Assembly: GCA_043228905.1 (NCBI GenBank)
Contig: JBHGNT010000004.1
Coordinates: 13,268,001-13,332,000 of the forward strand
Length of the DNA stretch: 64,000 nt
Direction of reading: 5' to 3'
Source of the DNA: Azolla caroliniana
Lineage: Eukaryota > Plantae > Polypodiophyta
This document shows positions 1-10,900 of this stretch, one piece after another. A program made the translations under genes and the position numbers. Positions within the stretch are counted from its first letter, which is position 1. Each line of letters opens with the position of its first letter. The notes beneath the pieces are model-generated. The model was not told the DNA's origin. It did not search any database and saw nothing but the letters and a program-made list of their open reading frames with translations.

Positions 1-99
1 TGCAGTAGTCGGTAGCCACTATTATATACCGATTTCCGGTCCGCATTGCCGGTGGCTTAAAGGGGCCGACAAAGTCTAAGCCCCACTTTTGGAATGGTT

Positions 100-3000
100 C
101 TAATGGCAAGACCGGGTGATGTGGCATCCGGCCTGCTCCGTGGGTTGGCCCAGTCGTTGACACAGGTCGCATTCCCTGCTATACTTAACGGCATCTCTCA
201 TGGTAGTCGGCCACCATAGTCCGCTCTGCCATATCTTCCGGGCTGTTGTTTCGCCGGCATAATGCCCGCCTGCAATTCCACAGTGGGCTTCCCTCAGGAT
301 CAGATCCTTTTCATCGCTCCGCACTGCTCGCCTCCATACGCCATCTGCCCCCTTGTGATAGAGGGTGTCTCCTACCAAGCAGAAATGTCTGCTCCGTACT
401 GCCATCCTCTTCCGTTCGTCTCGGTCCAGGTTTTCCGGGGGGACTCCGGTGCTCAGGAACTGATGCATTTCGGTTAACCATTTGTCTTCGTCCGCTACGG
501 TGGTCTCCGTTGCCGGTGTCGTCGTGACCTTAAACAGCTCGGCGTCGGGAAATTCGTCCTGTACGCCGTCCCCTGGTTCTCCGGATTCTAGCCTGCTCAG
601 GTAGTCTGCTACCGCATGCTGCACCCCGGGTCGGTGGAAAATGTCGAATTCGAATTCCTGTAATAGCAGCGTCCACCGTGCGAGTTTTCCTGTCAGGGCT
701 GCCTTTGACACCAGGTAGAGTAGTGCCGAGTGGTCAACGTGGAAAGAGAACTTTCGTCCGAGCAGATAGTGCCTGTACTTTGTGACACTGTACACCATTC
801 CTAATGCCTCTCGTTCCGTTGTAGAGTAGTTCCGTTCGGCTTTCGAGAGTTTCCTGCTTGCGTAGTACACCGGCCGATACCATTTCGGTTCCGTGAGTTG
901 CATCAAAACGCTGCCGATTGCTACGTCCGACGCGTCGACGAAGACGTGAAAGCTTTTACTCCAGTCTGGCGGCTGCACCACCGGAGCTTGTGACAGCATG
1001 ACCTTCAACGCTTGGTAGGCTGCCTCCTCCGTTTCTGTCCATTGGAAAGGTACTCTATGTACAGCAACGTGCAATGGTGTCGCAAAGTCGGCAAGGTGCC
1101 GTATCATCCGACTATGCCACCTTATTTGACCAAGGAATCGGCTTAAAGCTTTTGCGCTATTCGGTGCCGGTGCGTCGAGAATTGCTTTTACCTTATCCGG
1201 ATCCACCGCGATTCCTTCTCGACTCACCACGTGGCCTAACAAATTGCCGCTTGCGACTCCAAAGACGCACTTAGCCGGGTTCAGACTTAATCGGTACTCG
1301 CGGCACTTTTCTAAGCATAGTCGTAGGTGATCGAGATGCTCTCCGTGTCGGCTGTAGACGGCGAAATCGTCTAGGAAGACCTGCATAAAACCGGGAATAA
1401 AATCACCGAAGACTTCCATAATTATCCTTTGAAATGTTGCAGGAGCTGTCTTTAATCCGAACATCATCACGACCGCGACGAACACTCCCCATTCCGTCAC
1501 GAACGCTGTTTTCTCTTGGTCGGCCGGGTTCATTCGGATTTGGTTGTAGCCGCTGAATCCGTCCAGGAAGCTGTAAACTTCGTGGCCGGCCACCGCATCT
1601 AGCACTCCGTCCGTGAATGGTAGTGGAAAAGCGTCGGTCACTGTCGCGGCATTTAGTTTCCTGTAGTCCACACATACCCGGATTTTGCCGTTCTTTTTCG
1701 GGACCACCACTATCGGGCTTAGCCAGGTTGCCTGCTTGACTGGTCGGATAAATCCGACCCGGAGAAGCTTGTCAATTTCCTCCTTCACCTTTGCCGCATA
1801 GTTTGGATTCATCCGGTACCGACGTTGAGCGATGGGTTTCGCGTCAGTACTTAGATGAATTTGGTGCTGGTAGAGCTGGGGGTCCAACCCTCGCATGTCT
1901 TCGTATGACCATGCGAACACGTCCTTGAAATCCGTTAACAGTGCTACCATTGCCTGTTTTTCCTCCTTCGGCAATTCCTTCGCGACTTTTACCGGTCGGG
2001 GTTGTTCTGTTGTGCCGAGGTCCACCTCTTCCAGCTGGGATGCTTTCACCCTTTGGGATATCGTCATTTCTCTTTCTAGGGCTTCCTGTGCTTGGCGTAG
2101 TTCCCGGATCGCCACTTTGTCCGGCTCGTCCGGCATTGTGATGTACGGCTCTACTGCTGCCGTGATATCCACCTCAAAAAGTGGGACGATCTGTGGGTGT
2201 TCCTCGAGGTACCGATCAACTTCCTCATCCGGTAAGCCCTCCAACATGTTGATGCTTTCGGCATATAAAGGGGTTGCCTCCTTGCTAGTGAGCACCCGTG
2301 GTTGCGTGGCTACCCGTACCTTTGTTTTCCCTCGTCGGAACGTGATCATATTCTTTTGCCAGTTTTGCTTAATATGCGCCGTTCGCAGCCATGGTCGTCC
2401 TAACAGTAGGGGATATGCGCCTTGTACATTCAGCTCTAGTACCACGGCCGATATTCGGAATACGTGGCCTCCTATTGTTACTTCCAAGTCCCGGATAAGA
2501 CCAGTTGGTCGGACTGAGCTTGTATCCGCCATGCGTAACCAGAAGGGGCATGGTTCCCACTCCTGGATGCCTAGGTCGTCGCATGTCTGTCGACTAATGA
2601 CGTTCACCCCGGAGCCTCCGTCAATAATTGTTCCTGGAATCTCCTTTCCTTTGACGATTGTCGTGATTGCTGGGCTACTGGTATCAACCACCGCTGGGCC
2701 TTCCTCCGGGTTGGAGAAAAATGCCGGTGCCGGCGTCGGCGTCGGTTTGCTCACAGCGGCTTGTAAGTCTGCTGTAAACCGCGGCACCAACTGTAGTAAC
2801 CGTGCCAACGGCAGCACGATCTGACAATCTTGTAGTGCTTGCCATGTCGGGTTTTCTCCTGGCTGTACGATTTCCTCCTCCCTTGGCATATTTTGGTTTC
2901 TTACTTCCGCCGCACCTTGTTCGTTGGCTTCTTTGATCCATTGTGCCGCTTGTTTTCTGATTGCTTCCTGGGCTTCCCATTCGGCGGCCTTCCCCTTCGA

Positions 3001-4842
3001 CCGCGTGGTAACCTGCTGTACTTCGGCTGTCACCATGTTGACTGCTGGCTGCTTGTCGGCTGTTTTGCTTGGGCATTGATTACTGTAATGCCCTTCTTTT
3101 CGGCAGTAATAACAGTACACCCTGTGCGTGTTGCTGGATTCTCCTTTTTCCCATGTTTGGGGAAGGGGCATTCCCCGGCGGTTGTCCTCGGTCTTTTGGT
3201 TCTCCGGTGCCGCTACTGGTTTGTCATTCCTTGTTGCCTCCCGACGCTCCTCTCTACGGAAGAATCCACGCCTTTGGTTCCGTCGGAAATTCCGGTTCCC
3301 TGGCCGCCTTTCTTCTCTGCGTCGCTCGTATTCCGGGGAGTCGTCTCGGTCGTACCGGTCCCGGGGGTAGCTATCCCTTCGGTTCTCCTCTCGGTCATAG
3401 CTGTCGCGTCTTCTATCGGGGTATCTGTCGCCGCGTTCTCGTCGGTAGCGGTCGTCCCTCCGGAATCGATCCTCTTCCGGGTCCCGATTGCGCGGTTCTA
3501 TGTGTCGGACCGGTGCCGCTTGTCGAGTTAACAGGTTATACTCGCATTGGTTCGTTGTGTGGGCGCGAGAATTGCATATCATGCACTGTGCACGCAGGGT
3601 GCAGTCGACGGTCGAGTGCCCCGAATTTAGGCATGTTGTGCATTGTAGGGCTTGTCGGAACCGGAGGTCCTCCTCCTTCGGAAGCGCCTGGTGTAACGCC
3701 CCCATCGGCAAGAAGGAGCTCGTGTTGTCCATTTCCAGGACCCGATCAATGACTTGGTCCATTGTGCTGGTGCTGAAATCGAGGATTCCACACATCGCTC
3801 GAAGTGGGTCTTTTAACGCAGCCAAAAAGACTGCCTTGGCCTCATCTTCGGGTGGTGCTCTTGCTAATTGACTGTGCAAGGTTTGGAAACGAATGATAAA
3901 TTGTGGGACCGTCTCGTTTTCTCCCTGCCGAGTGGTGTAGAATTGTCCGACCAATTCCCTTTGTTCCACTCGTCTATGAAACAAGCGTAAAAACTGGGTT
4001 TTCAATGCCTCGAACGTGGCGAAGCTGCCTGGTAAGTGCTTGTCGTGCCACCGGGCCGCCGGTCCTTCTAATGTCATGCCGAATTCGGTGACTTTGGATC
4101 GGTCGGCCTCGGTCTCCGTCAGTCTCTGGGACACGTGGTTGGCTTCCCATGTTCGCAGGAATGCATACACATGTGCCTCTCCGTCGGGCTCATCCCGATA
4201 CTTTGGGTACGGATACGGCATCGTGTCGTCCCACTGATTCTCCTGCGCTGGTTCCTCCGATGTCGGTCTCCGCTCCTGCGGTTCCTCCGCAGGTGGTGTT
4301 GGTATCCGCTCCTGCGGTTCCTCCGCGGGTGGTGTTGATAACCGCTCCTGCGGTTCCTCCGCGGGTGGTGTTGGTATCCGCTCCTGCGGTTCCTCCGCGG
4401 GTGGTGTTGGTATCCGCTCCTCCCTCCTCGGCGATTGCCGGTCACCGAACTCCAGAGTTATTTCCTCCTCTGGCTCCGATGTTGCTGAGCGATCCGACTC
4501 AAAGGGGTTGTTCTCGTGGCTGCTTTTATATCGGGATCCCACGCTTTCCCCGCTATCCGAATCCGCCTCTAGTGTTGCAAATGCCGCTGCGTCCCCGTCG
4601 CCGCCAGCGAGAGTCTGTAGTAGTGTCTCCGCTTCTTGGAGGCTGGTTATGCTACTGCCTTCGTCGGAAGCTTGTAGAACCTGGAACTGCAGTGCGTTTT
4701 CTGCGATTTGCCGAAGCGTTTTTGAGAATGACCGATCGCGCCGGATCTCGTCGACGGCTTGCTGCAGGTCTTCCCGTCGTCGCTGTCGTTCGGCGTGGCG
4801 TCTCCCTCTTTCGGTGATGTGGTCGTTATTTTGTCTAGACAT
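100..4842 (-). CDS. Gag-Pol polyprotein (retrotransposon gag, 3 CCHC knuckles, aspartic protease IIDGGS, RT with FLDD, RNase H, integrase HHCC); frameshift near 125, integrase core continues in another frame to position 1
   Basis: ORF 100..4926; likely start MSRQNN at 4842 just after the PBS; motifs RVCVDYRKLN, FLDDF, YSTTEREALG, H-X6-H..C-X2-C. Confidence 0.92.
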   Translation of the reverse strand: MSRQNNDHITERGRRHAERQRRREDLQQAVDEIRRDRSFSKTLRQIAENALQFQVLQASDEGSSITSLQEAETLLQTLAGGDGDAAAFATLEADSDSGESVGSRYKSSHENNPFESDRSATSEPEEEITLEFGDRQSPRREERIPTPPAEEPQERIPTPPAEEPQERLSTPPAEEPQERIPTPPAEEPQERRPTSEEPAQENQWDDTMPYPYPKYRDEPDGEAHVYAFLRTWEANHVSQRLTETEADRSKVTEFGMTLEGPAARWHDKHLPGSFATFEALKTQFLRLFHRRVEQRELVGQFYTTRQGENETVPQFIIRFQTLHSQLARAPPEDEAKAVFLAALKDPLRAMCGILDFSTSTMDQVIDRVLEMDNTSSFLPMGALHQALPKEEDLRFRQALQCTTCLNSGHSTVDCTLRAQCMICNSRAHTTNQCEYNLLTRQAAPVRHIEPRNRDPEEDRFRRDDRYRRERGDRYPDRRRDSYDREENRRDSYPRDRYDRDDSPEYERRREERRPGNRNFRRNQRRGFFRREERREATRNDKPVAAPENQKTEDNRRGMPLPQTWEKGESSNTHRVYCYYCRKEGHYSNQCPSKTADKQPAVNMVTAEVQQVTTRSKGKAAEWEAQEAIRKQAAQWIKEANEQGAAEVRNQNMPREEEIVQPGENPTWQALQDCQIVLPLARLLQLVPRFTADLQAAVSKPTPTPAPAFFSNPEEGPAVVDTSSPAITTIVKGKEIPGTIIDGGSGVNVISRQTCDDLGIQEWEPCPFWLRMADTSSVRPTGLIRDLEVTIGGHVFRISAVVLELNVQGAYPLLLGRPWLRTAHIKQNWQKNMITFRRGKTKVRVATQPRVLTSKEATPLYAESINMLEGLPDEEVDRYLEEHPQIVPLFEVDITAAVEPYITMPDEPDKVAIRELRQAQEALEREMTISQRVKASQLEEVDLGTTEQPRPVKVAKELPKEEKQAMVALLTDFKDVFAWSYEDMRGLDPQLYQHQIHLSTDAKPIAQRRYRMNPNYAAKVKEEIDKLLRVGFIRPVKQATWLSPIVVVPKKNGKIRVCVDYRKLNAATVTDAFPLPFTDGVLDAVAGHEVYSFLDGFSGYNQIRMNPADQEKTAFVTEWGVFVAVVMMFGLKTAPATFQRIIMEVFGDFIPGFMQVFLDDFAVYSRHGEHLDHLRLCLEKCREYRLSLNPAKCVFGVASGNLLGHVVSREGIAVDPDKVKAILDAPAPNSAKALSRFLGQIRWHSRMIRHLADFATPLHVAVHRVPFQWTETEEAAYQALKVMLSQAPVVQPPDWSKSFHVFVDASDVAIGSVLMQLTEPKWYRPVYYASRKLSKAERNYSTTEREALGMVYSVTKYRHYLLGRKFSFHVDHSALLYLVSKAALTGKLARWTLLLQEFEFDIFHRPGVQHAVADYLSRLESGEPGDGVQDEFPDAELFKVTTTPATETTVADEDKWLTEMHQFLSTGVPPENLDRDERKRMAVRSRHFCLVGDTLYHKGADGVWRRAVRSDEKDLILREAHCGIAGGHYAGETTARKIWQSGLWWPTTMRDAVKYSRECDLCQRLGQPTEQAGCHITRSCH
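4270..4420 (-). repeat. 36-bp coding tandem repeat, about 4 copies, encoding (RIPTPPAEEPQE)n in the gag N-terminus
   Basis: unit cgctcctgcggttcctccgc(a/g)ggtggtgttggtatc at about 4271, 4307, 4343, 4379. Confidence 0.95.
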
Positions 4843-4876
4843 CCATCCCCCGGTTGTCCTCTGCACTCTGCAGGAA

Positions 4877-4888
4877 TCGTGGTCGCCA
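4877..4888 (-). other. Primer-binding site TGGCGACCACGA (tRNA-Arg type) of Gy1
   Basis: plus strand tcgtggtcgcca, 6 nt from the LTR end; same 12-mer in element E. Confidence 0.8.
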
Positions 4889-4894
4889 AAATAG

Positions 4895-5264
4895 TGTTGT
4901 ATGTATGGCTGGACTAGCCGCAACACAGGTGTCTATCCGACACTTCTCCAAAGGGGTGGTAGGGATAGGATGTTAATACACGCGTATGATAATTACACTT
5001 AAGCACAGACGAAGACAAGATTAATCAGCATAAGCAAAACTATATTAATTCTTCGCGCTTTCATTACAAAACATCGGATCCTTTTATAGGCATCCGGCCA
5101 GATTACAATCGGTGCTCGGTAGGCAATCGTTAACCGAAACCGAATCGGTTCGGATCCGGATCGGTTACAACTACCGGATCCGTCCCTCTAATAATTCTAT
5201 TCCTATTTCTATATTTATCCGATCCGACCTTGCTTTCCCATTTGCCTTCTCTGACCGGCCAACA
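4895..5264 (-). repeat. 5' LTR of Gy1 (370 bp) with TATA CCTATAAAAGG on the minus strand (~5080-5090)
   Basis: TGTT...AACA termini, adjacent PBS, similar layout to element E LTRs. Confidence 0.8.
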
Positions 5265-7426
5265 CCGCACATCGGCAATGTCCCATTCGGGAAAGAAGGC
5301 GAACAAACTTGCATCAAGAATGTCTTGCATGTGCCCACAATAACGAAGAATTTGGTCTCCGTCGGCCAAATCGTGGAGCAAGGCATGCAAGTCCGCTTCA
5401 ACAAAGAAGGATGCTTCATCGAGAAAGATGGCGGACTCATAGCAAAGGGGCAGAGAGACGGTCGAATGTTCATCCTCGATTCGAACGAGGTGAAATCGGC
5501 AATGTACGCTAAAGGTCTCAAAAACGAGACGAACATCGAGTTGTGCACAAAAGAATCGGCCACATCAACCTCTAACGGCTTTGAGCTATGCAAACAAAGG
5601 GAGTCGTCATCAGACTTCCGACATTCGAGTCGACCGAGTATGCGAAGCGTGTCAACTCGGCAAACAACATCGACTCCCATTCCCGAGGGAGAGCTCCGCA
5701 AGCAAAGGCCTCCTCGACGTCATACACTCGGATGTATGGGGACCGGCTCAAACGCCGACGATCGGGGAATGCCGATACTATGTAACCTTCATCGACGACT
5801 ACTCACGCTATGCGTGGATCTACCCAATGAAGAAGAAGAGCGAAGTGTTCTCCCACTTCCAAAAGCTCAAGGGGCAAGTTGAAAAAGAAACCGGTCGGCA
5901 CATTCGATGGCTACGATCGGATGGAGGCAAGGAGTACTTCTTTGACGAATTCACCTCCTACCTCCAAAGTGAAGGCATTCCTAGAGAATTCTCATGCCGA
6001 CACACACTCCAACAAAATGGAGTAGCCGAAAGGAAGAATCAGCAAATACTCGAGGTAGCACACGCCATGATGCATGAGAAGCACATGCCGAATTTCTATT
6101 AGGCCGAAACGGCATACATGGCTGTCTATCTCATGAACCGTGCACCACGAATGGAGTGCATGAGCTAACTCCATATGAGCTCCTTGTCGGAAGGAAGCCT
6201 ATCTTGTCGCACCTCAAGGTGTTCGGAAGCATTGCGAATGTACGCATCCCGAACAAACAACGATAGAAGCCCGACGCAAAGTCGGAGAGATGTATCCTCG
6301 TAGGATATGCGTCCAAGAAGAAGGCGTACAAGTGCTACAACCCATCAACGCAAAAATTTCACGTAAGTCGAGAAGTAGTCTTCGACGAGTACGCATCCTG
6401 GTATGCACCAGAGACCTCTTCGACTCCAACTACACTCGATGCCGATTATGCCGAACAATAGATAGAAGCGGAAGACCAACTCGCGCATATGAACGAAGAA
6501 ATTCCGATTACGGAAAAGCCTGGTGGGCCACAAGAACCCCCATGTGATCCAAGCATGTCGCGGCCAAGTACGAACTTGGACAAAGGCAAAGGTAAGATGC
6601 CCGAATACGAAGTCAACCACACCGACGACAATGATTCGGATGGATCGGCTCCCTCACTAGACAGTGAGTTCGGTGTACCCATCATGCGTACACCTCGAGT
6701 AAAGAAGGCGCTCACATCGACGAGCGAAAAACTTCGACGCTCTTCTAGAGAAAAGAATCATGTTGCTCCGCTCGGCTACAACGAGTATATGGCCCATCAT
6801 TACGCCTTCACGATGAAGGTAGCGGCCGAACAAGAGCCCAAGAGCTCCACCGAAGCGGCTCGTAACCCACGATGGATGGAAGTAGTCAACCTTCACCCAC
6901 ACACTACAAGCATTCGTCACCGACTTGATGGGGAGGAACTGAGATTGCCACGGCGAAAAAAGCCGAAGGCTGGACGGAAGCCGCAAAGAAGTTGACGCCG
7001 AAAGAAACAATACCGGCCATCCAAATCCGAAGCCGATTCAACCGAATCGAAGATCCGAACGTCGAAAGCCAAAGCGGACATCGGATGCCCCATACTTGAC
7101 CTTGAGGGGGCGTGTTGAGAGATCAAGCTCAACTTAGTTTAGATAGTTAGTCAACAATGTAACTTCGTAGTTACCTAGATAGAATCTAGTTAGAAGTGTT
7201 GACTATAACTCCTTAAATAGGGTTTTGTACTTGAGTGGGATACATTGTAGATCCACCACTCCATGCTCATTTAATATAGGACTTACACGTTGTACCTATA
7301 TTCTCCTAGCACATGTGCACCCTTGCACATGAAACCTATATATACCTCATTGAAGGTATTTTTGTATTTTGATGATGTTTTATAATATACACTCTAGTTT
7401 ACTCATCCCCCATCTTGTGTTATTCA

Positions 7427-7480
<54 letters not shown>

Positions 7481-7584
7481 TCTCACACACATATCACATA
7501 ATCTTCCACTTATTAACTTAATCAAATAATTAGGTAATAATTATTACTTAATTAATTACCTAATCCATTACCTAATCCTTAACA
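5265..7584 (+). mobile_element. Ty1/copia element A, degenerate: gag-pre-integrase and integrase remnants, RT/RH largely deleted (~6880), PPT ~7100-7112, 3' LTR 7113-7584
   Basis: CEACQLGKQHR, HSDVWGP, RSDGGKEY, QQNGVAERKN motifs with stops and frameshifts; cttgagggggcg then TGTTGAG...CTTAACA. Confidence 0.85.
7431..7476. repeat. (CT)n microsatellite inside the LTR of copia A
   Basis: direct reading. Confidence 0.95.
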
Positions 7585-7959
7585 AGGATGATGAGGACAC
7601 GGGCTTGGACTCACACACGGTCCCGAAACTACCATCAGGTAACAGACGATGAGCACACGGGTGAGTGCGCGAGGGAACAATGCCATAGCTGGGTGAACTT
7701 AGACGTCAAGATCCCTGTTTGGTTGTTATACTGTGTTGAGAGAGTGTTGTAATCTCTTCTTCTTGTATATCCACTGTATAGTGAAGATTTGTTCTCCCAT
7801 GATTTTCCCCGTTTAGGGTTTCCACGTAAAACGTACCTTGTTCATTTTGTTGTTTTCGTTTTTCTACGGTACCGTGTATTTCCGATTCGGTGTTCATATT
7901 CATGAATAGGAATAAAAAACCTATCAAACTCTTATCATATCTTGAGGTGCAAGCATGCA

Positions 7960-10900
7960 AGGAGGTATGAGTGGCTTCGCATGTATGATAGTTCTAAAAT
8001 CTCAGAACTATGTAGACTAGAAATTAAGATGGAACACCTTCTCATAGTCAAAGACCTGTACGAGATAATCGATAGAGCAAAATACCCACGGGGGTATTAG
8101 AGTCTGAATGGAAACGTCTTAACAGAAAGGCAGTGGCCACCATCAGAAAGTGCGTCGATGTAAGTGTCCTTCATCTTGCTGTGAACGACACAAATGCCTA
8201 CGAGAGGCGGCAGAACTTGTTAGGTCTATATGAGAGGAAGAACGTCCTCAACAAAACATTCTTGATGAGAAAGATTGTGACGCTGAAATACAAGGATGTA
8301 GAAAGCATAGTGGAGCATGTAAGCACATTCATGGGGTATGTGAACCAACTAATTGCAACCAAGTTTCGCCTTGAGGATGAAATGCAAGCCATCCTACTAG
8401 TGCGTACCCTATTGGACAGATGGGAGAACCTGGTGGTAACTCTCGGCCCTCGTGTCAACAAGACAAATGGTCTCTTCAAGTGGTAAAGACAAGCATCTTG
8501 AATGAGGAGACAGGAAAGAAGGGCAAGGGTGTCCTATCCTAGTTGTAGTCAAACTTGACTCAACATACTGGCAGAGGAAGAAATCGGCAAAGAAGTTCAC
8601 AAAGGAGGGACCAGTCCCAAGCCACATCCAAGTCTAGAGATAAGCTAACATGCTTCTATTGTGGAAATCTTGAACACTTCCAAAAGGACTACCGACACAT
8701 GAAGAAGGACAAAGTTGTAGGTAATAATGTTAAACCCAAGAATATTTCTGATGAAAGGGGCACATCAACCGTTGCAACAAGTGCAGAGGAGATCCTGTTC
8801 ATTTGTGTCCAGGCAAGCACAAATCTTGCAAGTGAAGAGTGCACCTGGGTGATCGACTCCGGTACATCCTCCCACATCACTACGTCGAGAGAGTGCTTCT
8901 CGACTTATATAGCTGGGGACCATGGCTATGCAAAGATGGGAGATAATGGGGAATGCAAGATAGTCGGCATTGGAATTGTAAGCCTCATGACATCGACAGG
9001 TTGTCAACTGACTCTGAGAAAAGCTCGACATGTCCCCGATATAAGATTGAATCTGATATCCACCGGATGGTTGGATGATGAAGGCTATAGTAATAGCTTT
9101 CGAAACGGCAAGTGGAACTTCTACCGAGGAAACCTCATAGTTGCCCGAGCACAGAAAGAGGGCACACTGTATATGATGCATGCCCGACTATGCATGTTGG
9201 AAGTGAATGTAGCGGCCGACTCGTGAAAGGAGTGCACTTAGTCGGAAAGCAGAATAGAACAACATTCCACACAAGACAACCAAGAAGAATAGAAATTGCA
9301 CTAGAACTAGTGCACACAGATGTGTGCTATGTAGATGCTCCATCACATCAAGGTGGATAGTACTTCTTAACGTTTATTGACGAATGTAAAAGAATATAAT
9401 GTGTGGAAGCGTGTGTAAAAGACACGGACGGAGTACACAATTGATGTTCGAAAACACAACAGTTCAGTAAATGCAGAGAACACACAGAGTGAGAGAGAGA
9501 GAGAGAGTCAGAGAAACCAGACACAAAATTATACTAAGAGGAATAATGCTCTGTATATACTTCATGTTCAGTGAGCACTTTTTATATGAGCCCTGACGAG
9601 TGGGCTGACACAACTACCATTAGTACTTGAATGCTCATAAATGAGGCTGACACTAATTTTGTGTACACTATTCCTATTTAATGTACTAGAAATATAGTCT
9701 ATTAACGGCCTACCCGAGTCCTTCACGAGACGGCTCTTGGTTCTCGGTCCACACAGCCGATTTGGGTCTCCCCAATCGGTCTTCAACCGATTCGGTTCTC
9801 ATCTTCTTTAGCCGATCGACCGGATTTGAGCTTGCTCGCTCAAGACTCCCCCTCAAGCTCAACTTGAGGTCCCGCGTATCAGCTTCAGCTGGTTTGTCAC
9901 TCCAGCGTCTTTTCCTAGCGCTCCTTGTCCAGTCTGATCTTGTGTACCACGACTCTTCTAATCCAATGCTTCTCGACTCTTCCGGTTCGATGCTTCTCGA
10001 CTCATCTGGTTTTGCGCACCTCTACCTCTATGATCGGCTTGTCTGCTATCTTGGCCCTTATCATCTTCTTCGTTGTTGTCGTGTAGGCGCCTCTTGACCT
10101 GTCATCTCCTCCATATTGGTGTCAACTTCATGTACCCTTCTTCCATGGTGGCCCATCGATTGGGCTCTTCCAAATCAAACATTTAGATTGAATTGGCTGA
10201 CTCCGATTCATTTCGACTCTTTACCGAATTGACTGACTCCGATTCATCAACTTCCAGATCCTTCACGACATCTAACCATGTCTTGGTCTTGGTCTTCACT
10301 CGGTTGACTCTGTCCTCCTCGACTCAGCCACCATTCTTGCCCTTCACGGCTTTTCCTCCCCTTGGTTCGGTTGGCTTTGGCCTCTCCCTACATCTAGCTA
10401 TCCTACGATTAGCTGATCTTCTTCCATCTGTCCACACGTCCATGACTTCTTTGGCCTGGTTGGACATACCGACTTCTTTAGTCAGACCGAAATCAAATTC
10501 ATCATCTGACTCGACTTTTCGGACTTCGTCTCCTTCTTCACTCCACCCCCTCAAGTTTGGCATGTCGATATGCTGGAGGCCAAGCATACCCGAAAAATGC
10601 CATAACTTGTCAAGACGGAGAGGTTTGGTGAAGATATCGGCAACCTGGCGATCAGTCGGAACATGCACTAGTTTGACTTCTCCAGAGAGCACTCACTCGC
10701 AAACAAAATGATAGTACACCTCAATGTGCTTTGTCTAGGGCTGGAAGATGAGGTTCTTCACTAATTGGATACTACTGAGGTTGTCACAATAGATTATGGT
10801 TGGCTCGGACAACTCCATACGTAGATCCCGTAATAGCCTTTTTAGCCAAATGACTTCGCACGTAGCGACAACCGCCCCTTGATATTCGGCCTCCATGCTC

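Larger units (their letters stand above)
1..5264 (-). mobile_element. Ty3/gypsy non-chromovirus (Athila/Tat-like) LTR retrotransposon Gy1, 3' part runs off the window; inserted into copia A
   Basis: gag-PR-RT-RH-INT order in the long ORF; 5' LTR TGTT..AACA at 4895-5264; PBS next to the LTR; copia pol resumes at 5265. Confidence 0.93.

Noticed and set aside
1895-4894. Long plus-strand ORFs opposite Gy1, and similar antisense ORFs throughout
   Set aside because: Shadow frames of GC-rich gag-pol with no recognisable domains.
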